NCBI GenBank assembly: GCA_945834475.1 | Contig: CAMAHK010000002.1 | Coordinates: forward strand, 27,642-91,641 | Source of the DNA: an uncultured Verrucomicrobiota bacterium | GTDB taxonomy: Bacteria; Verrucomicrobiota; Kiritimatiellia; RFP12; UBA1067 | Direction of reading: 5' to 3' | Length of the DNA: 64,000 nucleotides | The notes under the pieces: generated by a model | The model's input: the letters and a program-made list of their open reading frames with translations, nothing else | Database searches by the model: none | What the model was told of the DNA's origin: nothing | Part shown: positions 19,296 through 30,836 of the stretch, piece after piece | How positions within the stretch are numbered: position 1 is the first letter of the stretch | Layout: each line of letters begins with the position of its first letter | Translations under genes and position numbers: made by a program

Positions 19296-21661
19296 TTTTG
19301 CCTTCCTTTCTTCTGGGCTTCTTCGATCTGGCGGACGGTATCTAAGATCTCCGCCTCACCAGGTTTGAGTTCGAGCGCCTTGGCAGCCGACTCCGCAGCC
19401 TTTGCCAGACGGTCGGTCTTCAGATAGACAAGCGCTAGGTTGTTGTAGACCGATGCCTCGTCGGGACTCCGCTTCAGCACACGCTTCAGATACTCCTCGG
19501 CTTTCGCGAACTGTTCCTCGACGTAATAGCTCATTCCGAGCGCAAAGTTCGCGTTCGGCTCGTCCGGATCCTGGTGCAGAACCGGCATCGCATACCGCCG
19601 CGCCATCACGAAGTCGGCCCGGCGAAGCGCCACGGCTAGGCCCTCGCGCGGCGTCAGGTCCTCGCCGTTCTGGCGACGCACCCAGTCTATCCGGCGGAGG
19701 ATTTTCCTGAGCGAGGGATTGTGCTCGTTCAGCCGATTCGCGTAGGCGATTTCCTCGATCGACTCGCGCGTCTTCATCTGCGGATCGAGCTGAATCGCGC
19801 GTAGGCGACTCATCACGGCGAGACGGAACTGGGCGAACAGGAAGCGGTCCTTGAGGAGCGGATTGACGGCATGCCGCCAGACCCCCTTCTCGTGTTGCTC
19901 CACGATCAGATCCGCAAGACGATGGCAGCGCGAGACGGACGAGGCCGCCGCATCGGCACTCCCGCCGAGGGGACGCACCAAGGCGCCGTAGACGACCGGT
20001 TTGAGGCGATGGTTAAACCGAAACAGTTCGAACGCCAACTGAACGGCACACTCGGCGAGCCGGTCGGACTTCGTCATCACCCACGTCCGCAGGGCTTCCG
20101 CCGCACCGGCCTGTAGCGTCAGGCGGTCCTCGAGCCCCATCGCACCCAGCTGACGCAGATAGGCCTCGCGACGGGATTTGCCGCCCATAACCGAAATCGG
20201 CTGAATCGCAACGCCGCGACGGAGGGCCTCAAGCCGGAGATACGGGTCAAACGCACCCTCAGTAAAGAGATATTTCACCCCCTCGGACTCGTCGATGAGC
20301 TCGTTGACGAACTGATGGACAATCCCCTGGAGCCGACGGTCGTCCGGCAGACGGCGCCCCCAAACGATGATAGCGACCAACACCAACGGAACAGTCAGCA
20401 ACACCAGGCGGCCAAGGCCGAGACGAACGCTCGCGAACGTCTCTGAAGCGAGAACCGGACGCGCCGCCCTGTCGCCTTCCTGCTCTTCCCGATAGCCCTG
20501 AAAGAGGACGGATTCGATATGGTCATAGTCGCGGCAGAGGATCTCCACGCAGAGCACGAACAGAGCCCAAGCGAGTGTCAGGGACGAAAGGAACGCCCCG
20601 GCAAGCGTCAGCGTCCGCGAAACCTGAACGCCGTCGACCGCCTGCCAGAACCAGGTCACCGAAAACGGTGACAGCTGAAGAAAGGCAATGAGTCCGCACA
20701 AAAAGTAAACGACTGAATATTTCAGCGGCAGGAAGTTTTCCTCGTCCGTCGCCGAACGCGACATCAGAAAAACCAGAAAGCCCGGCAACACGACAGCCCC
20801 GAGAAGAGACAGGAAGCCCGACACGTTCGCACCATCGAGTATCAAGTCAAAATAAGCCCCCGCATACAACGTCGGAAATTCGCTCGCGAACCGACCATGA
20901 GCCTTGAGGCCATCCATCATGGCAAAAGCGAAGCACTCAAGAAGCACCGCCAGGATCAGCGTTCCCAGAAACGCGAAGGTCACCGACCATTTCGTGCGCT
21001 GCATCCGAATCGGATTAAGGAACTCCACCCAGGATTTAGGCTTCTCGCCCGCGAGGAACCGACGCATCAGGACGAGCAGGAGCAAGAAGACGATCCACCC
21101 GAACGGAGACTCGGCGCAAAGAACCGCGAGCGCGAAAAGCGTCAGCACCGCCGCCGTAAACGAGGCCTTGCGCAAAAGCCGCATGAACAGCCACACCGTC
21201 AGAATCGCCAGAAAAACAACGAACAGCGAGCCGGAAACGCCTTGCGCCGCACACCAGAACGGATCGGAGCAACCAAGCGCCAGCGCAGCCGCTGCGGATG
21301 CGATGCGCAACGCCAGCAAACGCCGCCGCATGTCGCGCTGCCCACTGATCGTCACCAATGACAATATGTCGAAAATCGCCCCGTAGGCGAGATAGACGCA
21401 GACTCCGACTGCCAGTTTCGAGAGCACGACAACAATCGAGGTCGCCGCAGCCTGCGGCAATACGGCAGAAACAAGATGCGCTAGGTAAACGCCAAGGCCC
21501 GGCAACATACGGTCGGCCGGCATCAGCCCCGCCGCCACCGCCGTATCGTTCCACGCCGTCGGATGCAGCCCCGGGAACGGCCAGATCAACAACAACACAA
21601 CAACCACCGCCGCGAGCGACGCGGCGATAATTCTGTTAGTCCAAGAAGTCTTTTCGGGCAT
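19292..21661 (-). CDS. Polytopic membrane protein with C-terminal TPR repeats (DUF2723/glycosyltransferase-like)
   Basis: At least ten predicted transmembrane helices followed by TPR units near the C-terminus. Confidence 0.4.
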   Translation of the reverse strand: MPEKTSWTNRIIAASLAAVVVVLLLIWPFPGLHPTAWNDTAVAAGLMPADRMLPGLGVYLAHLVSAVLPQAAATSIVVVLSKLAVGVCVYLAYGAIFDILSLVTISGQRDMRRRLLALRIASAAAALALGCSDPFWCAAQGVSGSLFVVFLAILTVWLFMRLLRKASFTAAVLTLFALAVLCAESPFGWIVFLLLLVLMRRFLAGEKPKSWVEFLNPIRMQRTKWSVTFAFLGTLILAVLLECFAFAMMDGLKAHGRFASEFPTLYAGAYFDLILDGANVSGFLSLLGAVVLPGFLVFLMSRSATDEENFLPLKYSVVYFLCGLIAFLQLSPFSVTWFWQAVDGVQVSRTLTLAGAFLSSLTLAWALFVLCVEILCRDYDHIESVLFQGYREEQEGDRAARPVLASETFASVRLGLGRLVLLTVPLVLVAIIVWGRRLPDDRRLQGIVHQFVNELIDESEGVKYLFTEGAFDPYLRLEALRRGVAIQPISVMGGKSRREAYLRQLGAMGLEDRLTLQAGAAEALRTWVMTKSDRLAECAVQLAFELFRFNHRLKPVVYGALVRPLGGSADAAASSVSRCHRLADLIVEQHEKGVWRHAVNPLLKDRFLFAQFRLAVMSRLRAIQLDPQMKTRESIEEIAYANRLNEHNPSLRKILRRIDWVRRQNGEDLTPREGLAVALRRADFVMARRYAMPVLHQDPDEPNANFALGMSYYVEEQFAKAEEYLKRVLKRSPDEASVYNNLALVYLKTDRLAKAAESAAKALELKPGEAEILDTVRQIEEAQKKGRQK

Positions 21662-21803
21662 AGAGTCTCCCTACAACGAGTTTGAGTTTGTATTATACCA
21701 AAAAAAGCACAGATTCAGGCGAAAGAATCGACAGGCCGCATGGAGAATATCCGTGCGGCCTCAGACTGCTCTTTCAGAGAGCAGCAGATGGAAAAACCAG
21801 GCC

Positions 21804-22769
21804 TTATTCGTGATTGAAGAGGTCGTTCACGCTTTGGTCGTTATGGATGCGCTTGATCGCTTCGCCGATGAGCGGCGCGACCGAAAGCTGCGTGAGCTTG
21901 AACGGAAGTTTCGCCGGATCAAAGCCCGCGCGCATGGGAATCGAGTCCGTGACAACGAGCTCGTCGAGCTGGCCTTCGGTCATGAGACGCTCCTGGCCCT
22001 TCTCGGTGAGCGGGAAGTGAGAGACGAACGCATGGACCGACTTACAGCCCGCCGCGCGGCACATCTTCGCCGCCGCCGAGAGTGTGCCGCCCGTTGCGGT
22101 CATGTCGTCGATCATGATGACGTCGTGGTCCTTCACGTCGCCGACGACGGAGAACGCGTCGACCGTCTCGCCGCTCGTGCGCTGCTTGGCGACGATCGCG
22201 AGACCGCAACCGAGCTTGCGGCTGTAGCCGTAGGCCGTCTTCGCCCCGCCCGTATCCGGTGCAACGACGATCGGGTTCGCCCAGTGCTGGTCACGAATAT
22301 ACTTGAGAATCACCGGCTCGGCCTTGAGCTGGTCAAGCGGAATGTTGAAGAAGCCCTGGATCTGGTTCGCGTGCAGGTCGAGCGTGAGGACGCGATCCGC
22401 GCCCGCCGCCGTGAGGAGGTTCGCGATGAGACGCGCCGTGATCGGCACCCGCGGCTTGTCCTTGCGGTCCTGACGCGCATAACCGTAGTACGGCAGCACG
22501 ACCGTAAGGCGACCCGCGCTACCGCGCTTCATCGCATCCATCATGATGAAGAGCTCCATGTACGCCTCATTCGGCGCCGGGGAGCCGGACTGGATGATGA
22601 ACACGTCCTTGCCACGGACGCCTTCCTGCACCTGGCAGAAGGTCTCGCCGTCAGGGAAATGCTGGATGTCGATCTTGTTGAGAGGACGTCCCAGATAGTT
22701 TGCAACCTTCTCGGCAAGCGGCAGATTCGCCGTGCCCGAGAAAACCATAAAGTCATCTTTCAGTTCCAT
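21804..22769 (-). CDS. prs: Ribose-phosphate pyrophosphokinase
   Basis: FSGTANLPLAEKVA N-terminus and PRPP-binding loop. An alternative start lies at the internal ATG at 22748. Confidence 0.85.
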   Translation of the reverse strand: MELKDDFMVFSGTANLPLAEKVANYLGRPLNKIDIQHFPDGETFCQVQEGVRGKDVFIIQSGSPAPNEAYMELFIMMDAMKRGSAGRLTVVLPYYGYARQDRKDKPRVPITARLIANLLTAAGADRVLTLDLHANQIQGFFNIPLDQLKAEPVILKYIRDQHWANPIVVAPDTGGAKTAYGYSRKLGCGLAIVAKQRTSGETVDAFSVVGDVKDHDVIMIDDMTATGGTLSAAAKMCRAAGCKSVHAFVSHFPLTEKGQERLMTEGQLDELVVTDSIPMRAGFDPAKLPFKLTQLSVAPLIGEAIKRIHNDQSVNDLFNHE

Positions 22770-22776
22770 GGTGTGA

Positions 22777-22785
22777 ATTATATCA
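22777..22785 (-). promoter_or_regulatory. TGATATAAT extended -10 seven nt upstream of the prs ATG
   Basis: On the minus strand, TGATATAATtcacaccATG. Confidence 0.45.
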
Positions 22786-22827
22786 TATTTGCCGGCGTCC
22801 GTGGACGCTCGAACTGACCGAGTACAT

Positions 22828-23406
22828 TTACCTGATCAACGACAGGAATTCCTGCCGAACTTTCTCGTCGGAACGGAAGGTTCCCAAAACGGCAGACGTC
22901 GTCATTTCGCTGTTCTGCTTCTCGACGCCGCGCATCATCATGCAGAGGTGTTTTGCGTGAATGACGACGCCGACGCCTTCCGCCCCCGTTTCGGCCATGA
23001 TGGCGTTCGCGATCTCCTCGGTCATGCGCTCCTGGATCTGAAAGCGCCGCGCGAACATATCGACGATGCGCGCGAGCTTCGAGACGCCGAGGACTTTCCC
23101 CTTCGAGATGTAGCCGATCGCGCACTTGCCATAGAACGGCAGTAGGTGGTGTTCGCAGAGGGAATAGAGTTCGATGTCCTTGAGGATCACCATGTGGTTG
23201 GTGCCGCTCGTGAACTTCGCGTTGTTGACGACCGCCTTAAGATTCTGCCGATACCCGCGCGTCAGGAACGTCATCGCCTTCGCCACGCGCATCGGCGTCT
23301 TCAGGAGACCTTCGCGATCCGGATCTTCGCCCAGTTCGACAATGATTTCACGGACAAGCTCCGCGATCTTCTTCTCGTTCGGTACAGTAGATGTGGTCTT
23401 TTTCAT
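22828..23406 (-). CDS. folE: GTP cyclohydrolase I
   Basis: CEHHLLPF and [12 protein letters not shown] motifs. ATG at 23404-23406. Confidence 0.85.
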   Translation of the reverse strand: MKKTTSTVPNEKKIAELVREIIVELGEDPDREGLLKTPMRVAKAMTFLTRGYRQNLKAVVNNAKFTSGTNHMVILKDIELYSLCEHHLLPFYGKCAIGYISKGKVLGVSKLARIVDMFARRFQIQERMTEEIANAIMAETGAEGVGVVIHAKHLCMMMRGVEKQNSEMTTSAVLGTFRSDEKVRQEFLSLIR

Positions 23407-23477
23407 TTCAAAGATTGATTTGTTTGAGTATTGTACCACAAATACTGCTTCGCATGCCGACATTATGGCACAATTTT

Positions 23478-23486
23478 TGGTATAAT
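23478..23486 (+). promoter_or_regulatory. Extended -10 (TGGTATAAT) six nt upstream of the ftsH ATG
   Basis: TGGTATAATtaacgtATG, with no room for a Shine-Dalgarno sequence. Confidence 0.5.
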
Positions 23487-23492
23487 TAACGT

Positions 23493-25350
<1,858 letters not shown>

Positions 25351-25358
<8 letters not shown>

Positions 25359-26178
25359 TCTCTCAGCGATCATTCAGATTGCGATCCTCTACGCGGTCTT
25401 TCTGGCGATACTCAGGGCCGCCAAGGGCTCGCGCTTCGGGCAGGTGCTCCTCGGCGTCGGACTCCTTGCGGGCACGCTCGTCGCCTTCGCCTACGTCTTC
25501 GAGTTCGACGTTCTCTCGGCGATCATCCGCTCGCTGCTCGTCTATCTCGCGATTTCGACGGTCGTCATCTTCCAGCCGGAAATCCGCCGCATGCTCTCGC
25601 AGCTCGGCGCGTTCGGCTTCTTCGAGCGCCCGAAGACCGATGCGAACGGCATCGCCTCGCCCGACTTCATCGTGACGATCATCCAGTCCCTCGCGGACCA
25701 CAAGATCGGTGCGCTCCTCGCCTTCGAGCGCGGCATCTCCCTGCGCAGTTACGAATCGACGGGTGTCATCGTCAATGCAGACTTCTCGCAGGAACTCGTG
25801 ACCTGCATTTTCACACCGCCCCTGCCGCTCCATGACGGCGGCATGACCGTGCGCAACGGCCGCATCAGCGCCGCCCATTGCGTCTTCCCCGTCTCGAACA
25901 ACCCCTCGCTCAGCGTGAGCGGCATGCGGCATCGCGCGGCCGTCGGACTTTCGGAGGAGACGGACGCACTGGTCGTCGTCGTTTCGGAAGAGTCCGGCGC
26001 GGTCTCCATCGCACGCAACGGACGGCTCGTGCGCTACCACGGCGCCGAGATCGAGCCCGCCCTCCGGCGCTGGATTCCGAAGATCCTGCCGTCCGCGCCC
26101 CACACCAGCCAATTTATCGCGCGCCTGCAGGACAAGGCCGCGAGACTCTTCACGCAAAAGGAAGGAGAACCGAAATGA
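25351..26178 (+). CDS. cdaA: Diadenylate cyclase CdaA (membrane-anchored)
   Basis: Three N-terminal transmembrane helices plus DAC-domain motifs DGGMTVRNG and SGMRHRAA. Confidence 0.8.
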
Positions 26179-26309
26179 GACTTCCCTCCCTCGGCGACAT
26201 CGGCCTCCACGCCCTCGCCCTAATCCTTGCCATCGTCGTCTATCACATCGTCAAAAACGAGACCCATCACTTCGAACCGACTCATGACCGAACCCTCTTC
26301 GCAGACTGA
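26175..26309 (+). CDS. Small hypothetical membrane peptide (44 aa)
   Basis: ATG overlaps the cdaA stop (ATGA) and the peptide has a hydrophobic core LHALALILAIVVYHIV. It overlaps the chosen ftsK start, so it is weak. Confidence 0.2.
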   Translation: MRLPSLGDIGLHALALILAIVVYHIVKNETHHFEPTHDRTLFAD

Positions 26310-28935
26310 CAACCACAGCATCTTTGCCTGGCTTCTGTTCCCGCTCGCCATCTTCCCCCTGATGGCGCTTCTCACGTATGACGCCCGCGTCTACACCGAA
26401 TTGCCGGCTCCGCCCACGTCCAACTGGATCGGTGCGCTCGGCGACGCCTTCGCGCATTACGGATACCTCCTTTTCGGTCTCGCGATCTGGATCGTCCCGA
26501 TCCTCTGCGTGATCGCCGGCTTCTGCCTCGTCCGCGGACGCCGCATGCGCCCTGGGCGGCGCGAACTCTGGTTCTTCGTCTTCCTCTCGGCCGTCGCCTG
26601 CCTCGTTCAGGCCCTCGGCGACCATGGTGGACTCGTGGGAGTTCTGACCGAGCAGCTGAACATTCCCGATGCGGGCGGCGTGGTCGGCTACCTCCTGATG
26701 ACCCGCGCCCTCGCACCGCTTCTTTCCGACTTCGGCGCCTCGATCGTCATTGCGATCCTGGCCGTCATCGCCCTTATCGGGGCCGTCGGCGCCCACAACC
26801 TCGTCGCCTTCCTCGCCGCGATCTTCCATTGGGCAATGAGGGGCTCCGCAGCCGCACGTGCGGCTGCTAACGATAAAGTTAGAGCGATGCGTGATGAGCG
26901 GAGTGCAGAAGGTTCTTCTGACAACGAACCAGATCCGTACGAAGCGATACGCGCCGCCAAGGAAGAGGCACGGCGTCAGCGCGAGGAAGAGAAGGAACGC
27001 ATCCGCCAGGAGAAGCTCCGCATCAAGGAAGAGAAGCGCGCCCAGAAGGAAGCTGAGAAACTCGCGAAGTGGGAGGCCAAGCACAGGCTTGAAAGCGCCG
27101 CGGGCGAGGACGCACCGCGGTACGATGCCGCCCCCGTACCGCCGCCCGTCTCGGGCGCGGCCTCCCAAACGCCCTCCCCGTACCGCGGTGCGTCCTCGCC
27201 CGCGGCGTCTCTAGGCGACACGCCGCCTCCCCCCGAGGACAAGGGGCCCTACCAGCTGCCCTCGCTCTCGCTTCTCAATCCCCTCAAGAAGTCATCCGCC
27301 GACCATGGCGACGTCAGCGAGACCTCGCGCAAGCTCGTCGACACGCTCAAGCTCTTCGGCGTCAATGCGGAACTCGCCTACACGGTGCAGGGTCCTGTCG
27401 TCACGAAGTACGCGCTCACGCCCGAGCCGGGCACGCGTCCCGAGAAGTTCCTCGCGCTCCAGAACACGCTCATGATGGCGCTCAAGGCGAAGTCGCTCCG
27501 CATCGAGGCGCCGATCCCTGGCGAGGACAAAGTCGGCATCGAAGTCCCCAACCGTGCGCCAGCCGGCATCTCCTTCCGAGAGATCATCGAGTCGGACGCC
27601 TGGAAGAAGTTCAAGGGCGAGCTACCTCTTCTCTTTGGCAAGAAGGCGGACGGCACGGAGCTCGTCGCCGACCTCGCCTCAATGCCGCACATGCTCGTCG
27701 CCGGCGCGACGGGCCAGGGCAAGTCGGTCTGCCTCAACTCACTCATCAACGGTCTTCTCATGACGAAGACGCCCGAGCAACTGAAGCTCATCATGGTCGA
27801 CCCGAAGTCCGTCGAATTCACGGCGTACGCCTCGCTCCCGCACCTGATCGTCCCCGTCATCACGGACAACAAGAAGGTCGTCTTCTCGCTCCGCTGGGCT
27901 GTCGCCGAAATGGAGAAGCGCCTCAAGCTCTTCGCGCGCGCCCGCGTGCGCAACATCTATGACTTCAACCACCGGCCGTCCTTCACCCAGACGGACATGT
28001 TCGGCAACGACACGGCCGTCAACTCGTCGATGCCGAAGACCGTTCCCTACATCGTCATCATCATCGACGAAGTTGCGGACCTCATGGCCTCGAACGGCAA
28101 GGAGGTGACGCCCGACATCGCGCGCATCACCGCGAAGGCGCGTGCCGCCGGCATCCACATGATCCTCGCGACGCAGCGTCCGGATGCGAAGATCATCACG
28201 GGCACGATCAAGGCGAACATCCCCGGCCGCGTCGCGTTCAAGACCTCGCAGGCCATCGACTCGCGCACGATTCTCGACGACTGCGGTGCCGAGAACCTCA
28301 TCGGCCGCGGTGACATGCTCTTCAAGGGCAAGGACGGCCTCCTCGTGCGCGCGCAGGGCGCGTGGATCTCTGATGAGGAAATCGCCCGCATCACCGAGTT
28401 CATCGAAAAGCACTCCAACACAGAATTTGACGACCGCTTCACCAAGAAGCTTGCGACGATCAAGGAAGAGGAAGTCGACCTCTTCGCCGACGACGAGCCC
28501 AAGACCAGCGGCGACGACGCGAAGGAGGCGGCCGCCGTCCAGCGCGAGCAGGTCAAGGCCGAGGAGAACGCGAGCGACTTCAAGAAGGCCGTCGAATGCA
28601 TTATCAACACGAACCGCGCCTCGACCTCCCACTTCCAGCGCAAGCTCGGCTGGGGCTACAACCACTCGGCGAAGATCATGGACATGCTCGAGGATGCCGG
28701 CGTGATCGGTCCACAGGTCGGCGCAGGGCCGCGCCAGATCATCATGGACCAGGACCAGCTCATGGCCGTCTTCAAGGGCGAAGCTTCCGCCGCAGCCTCC
28801 GACGATGCCTTCGACCCCGTACCGCCGCCCGTCTCGGGCGCGGCGGGCAACAGCGACAACGAGAACGTCTTCGACGGCCGACAGCCGACAACCGACGACC
28901 CCTTCGCCGCTCCATCAGACGAAGAAGAATTCTAA
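26284..28935 (+). CDS. ftsK: DNA translocase FtsK
   Basis: N-terminal transmembrane helices, a long linker and a C-terminal motor with Walker A GATGQGKS and a gamma domain. The linker contains a nested palindromic repeat. Confidence 0.9.
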   Translation: MTEPSSQTDNHSIFAWLLFPLAIFPLMALLTYDARVYTELPAPPTSNWIGALGDAFAHYGYLLFGLAIWIVPILCVIAGFCLVRGRRMRPGRRELWFFVFLSAVACLVQALGDHGGLVGVLTEQLNIPDAGGVVGYLLMTRALAPLLSDFGASIVIAILAVIALIGAVGAHNLVAFLAAIFHWAMRGSAAARAAANDKVRAMRDERSAEGSSDNEPDPYEAIRAAKEEARRQREEEKERIRQEKLRIKEEKRAQKEAEKLAKWEAKHRLESAAGEDAPRYDAAPVPPPVSGAASQTPSPYRGASSPAASLGDTPPPPEDKGPYQLPSLSLLNPLKKSSADHGDVSETSRKLVDTLKLFGVNAELAYTVQGPVVTKYALTPEPGTRPEKFLALQNTLMMALKAKSLRIEAPIPGEDKVGIEVPNRAPAGISFREIIESDAWKKFKGELPLLFGKKADGTELVADLASMPHMLVAGATGQGKSVCLNSLINGLLMTKTPEQLKLIMVDPKSVEFTAYASLPHLIVPVITDNKKVVFSLRWAVAEMEKRLKLFARARVRNIYDFNHRPSFTQTDMFGNDTAVNSSMPKTVPYIVIIIDEVADLMASNGKEVTPDIARITAKARAAGIHMILATQRPDAKIITGTIKANIPGRVAFKTSQAIDSRTILDDCGAENLIGRGDMLFKGKDGLLVRAQGAWISDEEIARITEFIEKHSNTEFDDRFTKKLATIKEEEVDLFADDEPKTSGDDAKEAAAVQREQVKAEENASDFKKAVECIINTNRASTSHFQRKLGWGYNHSAKIMDMLEDAGVIGPQVGAGPRQIIMDQDQLMAVFKGEASAAASDDAFDPVPPPVSGAAGNSDNENVFDGRQPTTDDPFAAPSDEEEF
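27097..27208. repeat. Family-A' nested palindrome (~112 bp), in frame in the ftsK linker
   Basis: Left arm GCCGCGGGCGAGGACGCACCGCGGTACG and right arm CGTACCGCGGTGCGTCCTCGCCCGCGGCG flank the core CCCCGTACCGCCGCCCGTCTCGGGCGCGG. The same 30-bp core recurs at 28815-28844. Confidence 0.75.
28815..28844. repeat. Solo 30-bp core of the family-A' element, in frame in ftsK
   Basis: CCCCGTACCGCCGCCCGTCTCGGGCGCGGC, identical to 27131-27160. Confidence 0.65.
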
Positions 28936-28985
28936 CACCGCCATTCAACATTCATCATTCATCACTCATCATTAAAATCCCAGCC

Positions 28986-29732
28986 ATGCTCGACTTCGGA
29001 AAAGAACTCAAGGCGGCCCGCGAAGCCAAGGGACTCACCATTGCCAACATCGCCGAGACGACTCACATCATGTCGGCTATGATCGAAGATCTCGAAAACG
29101 AGAACTTCTCGCGCCTCGTCGCGCCGATCTACGGCCGCGGCTTCGTCAAGCTCTACTGCGAAACGGTCGGTCTCGACCCGAAGCCCTTCGTTGCGGAATT
29201 CATGGAGATCTACAACGGACGCCGTGATCCGGCGATTCGCGAACGTCCCGTCGTTCCCCCGCCACTGCCCGAGGAAAGACCGATTCCGGCGCCGGTTCCT
29301 GAACCCGTCGAAGACAAACACGACGACCGACAGCCGACGACCGACGAACAGCCCCCCGTACCGTCGCTTTTCGACCCTCCGTCGACCTGGGCGGTGCCGA
29401 AAGCGCCTGTCGAACCGCCCACCCCCGCCAAGACTCGCTTTACGCGCTACTCGGCTCCGCTCAGCGACCGTTTCGCCGACGTCACCGCGCTCGGCCCGAC
29501 GATTCTGCGTTGGGCGATCCTCGTCCTTGTCGCGCTGGGCGTCCTCTGGAGCGTCGTCGCCGGCATTTGCGCACTCTATCACGCGACGAGCACGCCGAGT
29601 GAAGCCAACTCTAGCCCGTCCGGTGAGGCTAGCAGTTCCAGCGAAACGAGCCAATCTAGCGCAACGAGCGCAACCGGCGAGCCTACCGCCCCGCGGACGC
29701 CGATTGCGGTTCCCCCGCTTTACATCGACTGA
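28986..29732 (+). CDS. RodZ-like HTH-domain membrane protein
   Basis: N-terminal XRE-type HTH (LTIANIAETTHIMSAMIEDLE), a proline-rich segment and one transmembrane helix. ATG at 28986. Confidence 0.5.
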   Translation: MLDFGKELKAAREAKGLTIANIAETTHIMSAMIEDLENENFSRLVAPIYGRGFVKLYCETVGLDPKPFVAEFMEIYNGRRDPAIRERPVVPPPLPEERPIPAPVPEPVEDKHDDRQPTTDEQPPVPSLFDPPSTWAVPKAPVEPPTPAKTRFTRYSAPLSDRFADVTALGPTILRWAILVLVALGVLWSVVAGICALYHATSTPSEANSSPSGEASSSSETSQSSATSATGEPTAPRTPIAVPPLYID

Positions 29733-29780
29733 TGCGAAGAGTATAATTTGTAAACCAAACCAAACGAAAGAAACACAACC

Positions 29781-30560
29781 ATGGAAGTTGTTATCTGCAA
29801 GACGAAGGAAGAAGCCTCGAAGCTCGCGGCGGACATGATCACCGCGGCCGTCAAGAAAAACCCGAAAACCGTCCTCGGTCTCGCGACCGGTTCGACGCCC
29901 GTTCTCATGTACAACGAAATGGCGAAGGCCGTCAAGGCGAGGAAGGTTTCGTACAAGCAGGTCAAGAGCTGGAACCTCGACGAGTACTACGGCCTCGCGG
30001 GCACGCATGACCAGAGCTACCGCTACTTCATGAACGAGAACCTCTTCAAGAAGATCGACATCCAGATCAAGAACACGCACGTCCTCAACGGCCTCGCGAA
30101 GGATCCGGTCAAGGAATGCGCCGCGTACGAGAAGCAGATCAAGGCCGCCGGCGGTATTGACATCCAGGTCCTCGGCATCGGCTCCGACGGCCACATCGCC
30201 TTTAATGAGCCCGGCACTTCGCTCGCCTCCCGTACGTCGATCGTGTACCTCACGCCCTCAACAGTGAAGGACAATGCTCGCCTCTTCTTCAAGGGTGACA
30301 TGGAAGCCGTCCCGAAGAGCGCGCTCTCGATGGGCGTCGGCACGATCTGCGAAGCGAAGAAGATCATCCTCCTCGCGTTCGGCGAGAACAAGCAGGACGC
30401 GCTCAAGGGCTGCGTCGAAGGTCCGATGTCGCAGTTCTGCACGGCTTCCGCCCTTCAGGCGCACAACGACGCCTGGATCTTCTGCGACGAAGCCGCCGCC
30501 AAGAAGCTGAAACTCAAGAAGTACTACGCCTGGCGTAGCGCAACCAAGCTTGGCCTCTAA
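29781..30560 (+). CDS. nagB: Glucosamine-6-phosphate deaminase
   Basis: GLATGSTP and GIGSDGHIAFNEPG motifs. Confidence 0.9.
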   Translation: MEVVICKTKEEASKLAADMITAAVKKNPKTVLGLATGSTPVLMYNEMAKAVKARKVSYKQVKSWNLDEYYGLAGTHDQSYRYFMNENLFKKIDIQIKNTHVLNGLAKDPVKECAAYEKQIKAAGGIDIQVLGIGSDGHIAFNEPGTSLASRTSIVYLTPSTVKDNARLFFKGDMEAVPKSALSMGVGTICEAKKIILLAFGENKQDALKGCVEGPMSQFCTASALQAHNDAWIFCDEAAAKKLKLKKYYAWRSATKLGL

Positions 30561-30563
30561 ACC

Positions 30564-30791
30564 ATGGGCGACGGTTTTACAAGTTTCGTCTGTGACAAGT
30601 GTCACACCGAAATCGAAGCGTCACTTGACCTCATCGGTCAAGTGACGGAGTGCCCGGCCTGCGGCGCCAAGCTGACGATCCCCGACAACCAGTCGGACGG
30701 CATCGCGCGCTACGCCGCCGGCGAGGCCGACCCCGACCATCTTCAGGCCATGAAGAGCCGGACGATCCGAATCGACCTGGGCGACTTCTGA
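30564..30791 (+). CDS. Small zinc-ribbon protein (75 aa)
   Basis: CDKC...CPAC pair. Sits three nt after the nagB stop. Confidence 0.45.
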   Translation: MGDGFTSFVCDKCHTEIEASLDLIGQVTECPACGAKLTIPDNQSDGIARYAAGEADPDHLQAMKSRTIRIDLGDF

Positions 30792-30793
30792 CA

Positions 30794-30833
30794 CCGTACC
30801 GCGAGCCGTCCTCGGCCGCGGCGGGTAAAAGCC
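30794..30833. repeat. Family-B element filling the zinc-ribbon/nuclease intergenic spacer
   Basis: CCGTACCGCGAGCCGTCCTCGGCCGCGGCGGGTAAAAGCC then AAAATG. Near-identical to the rsmE copy, including the GGGTAAAAGC tail. Confidence 0.7.
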
Positions 30834-30836
30834 AAA

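Noticed and set aside
21662-21803. Two hairpins (GGCCGCA...TGCGGCC and CTGCTCT...AGAGCAG) between prs and the TPR-membrane gene, considered as a small RNA.
   Set aside because: They are most simply the prs terminator region followed by the TGGTATAAT promoter of the next gene. There is no conserved structure to support an ncRNA.
28596-28985. 130-aa N-terminal extension of the RodZ-like ORF, and the 2452-2607 extension of dapL.
   Set aside because: Both overlap the neighbouring gene, have an Arg/Pro-rich artefactual composition, and a bona fide ATG with the conserved N-terminus lies downstream.
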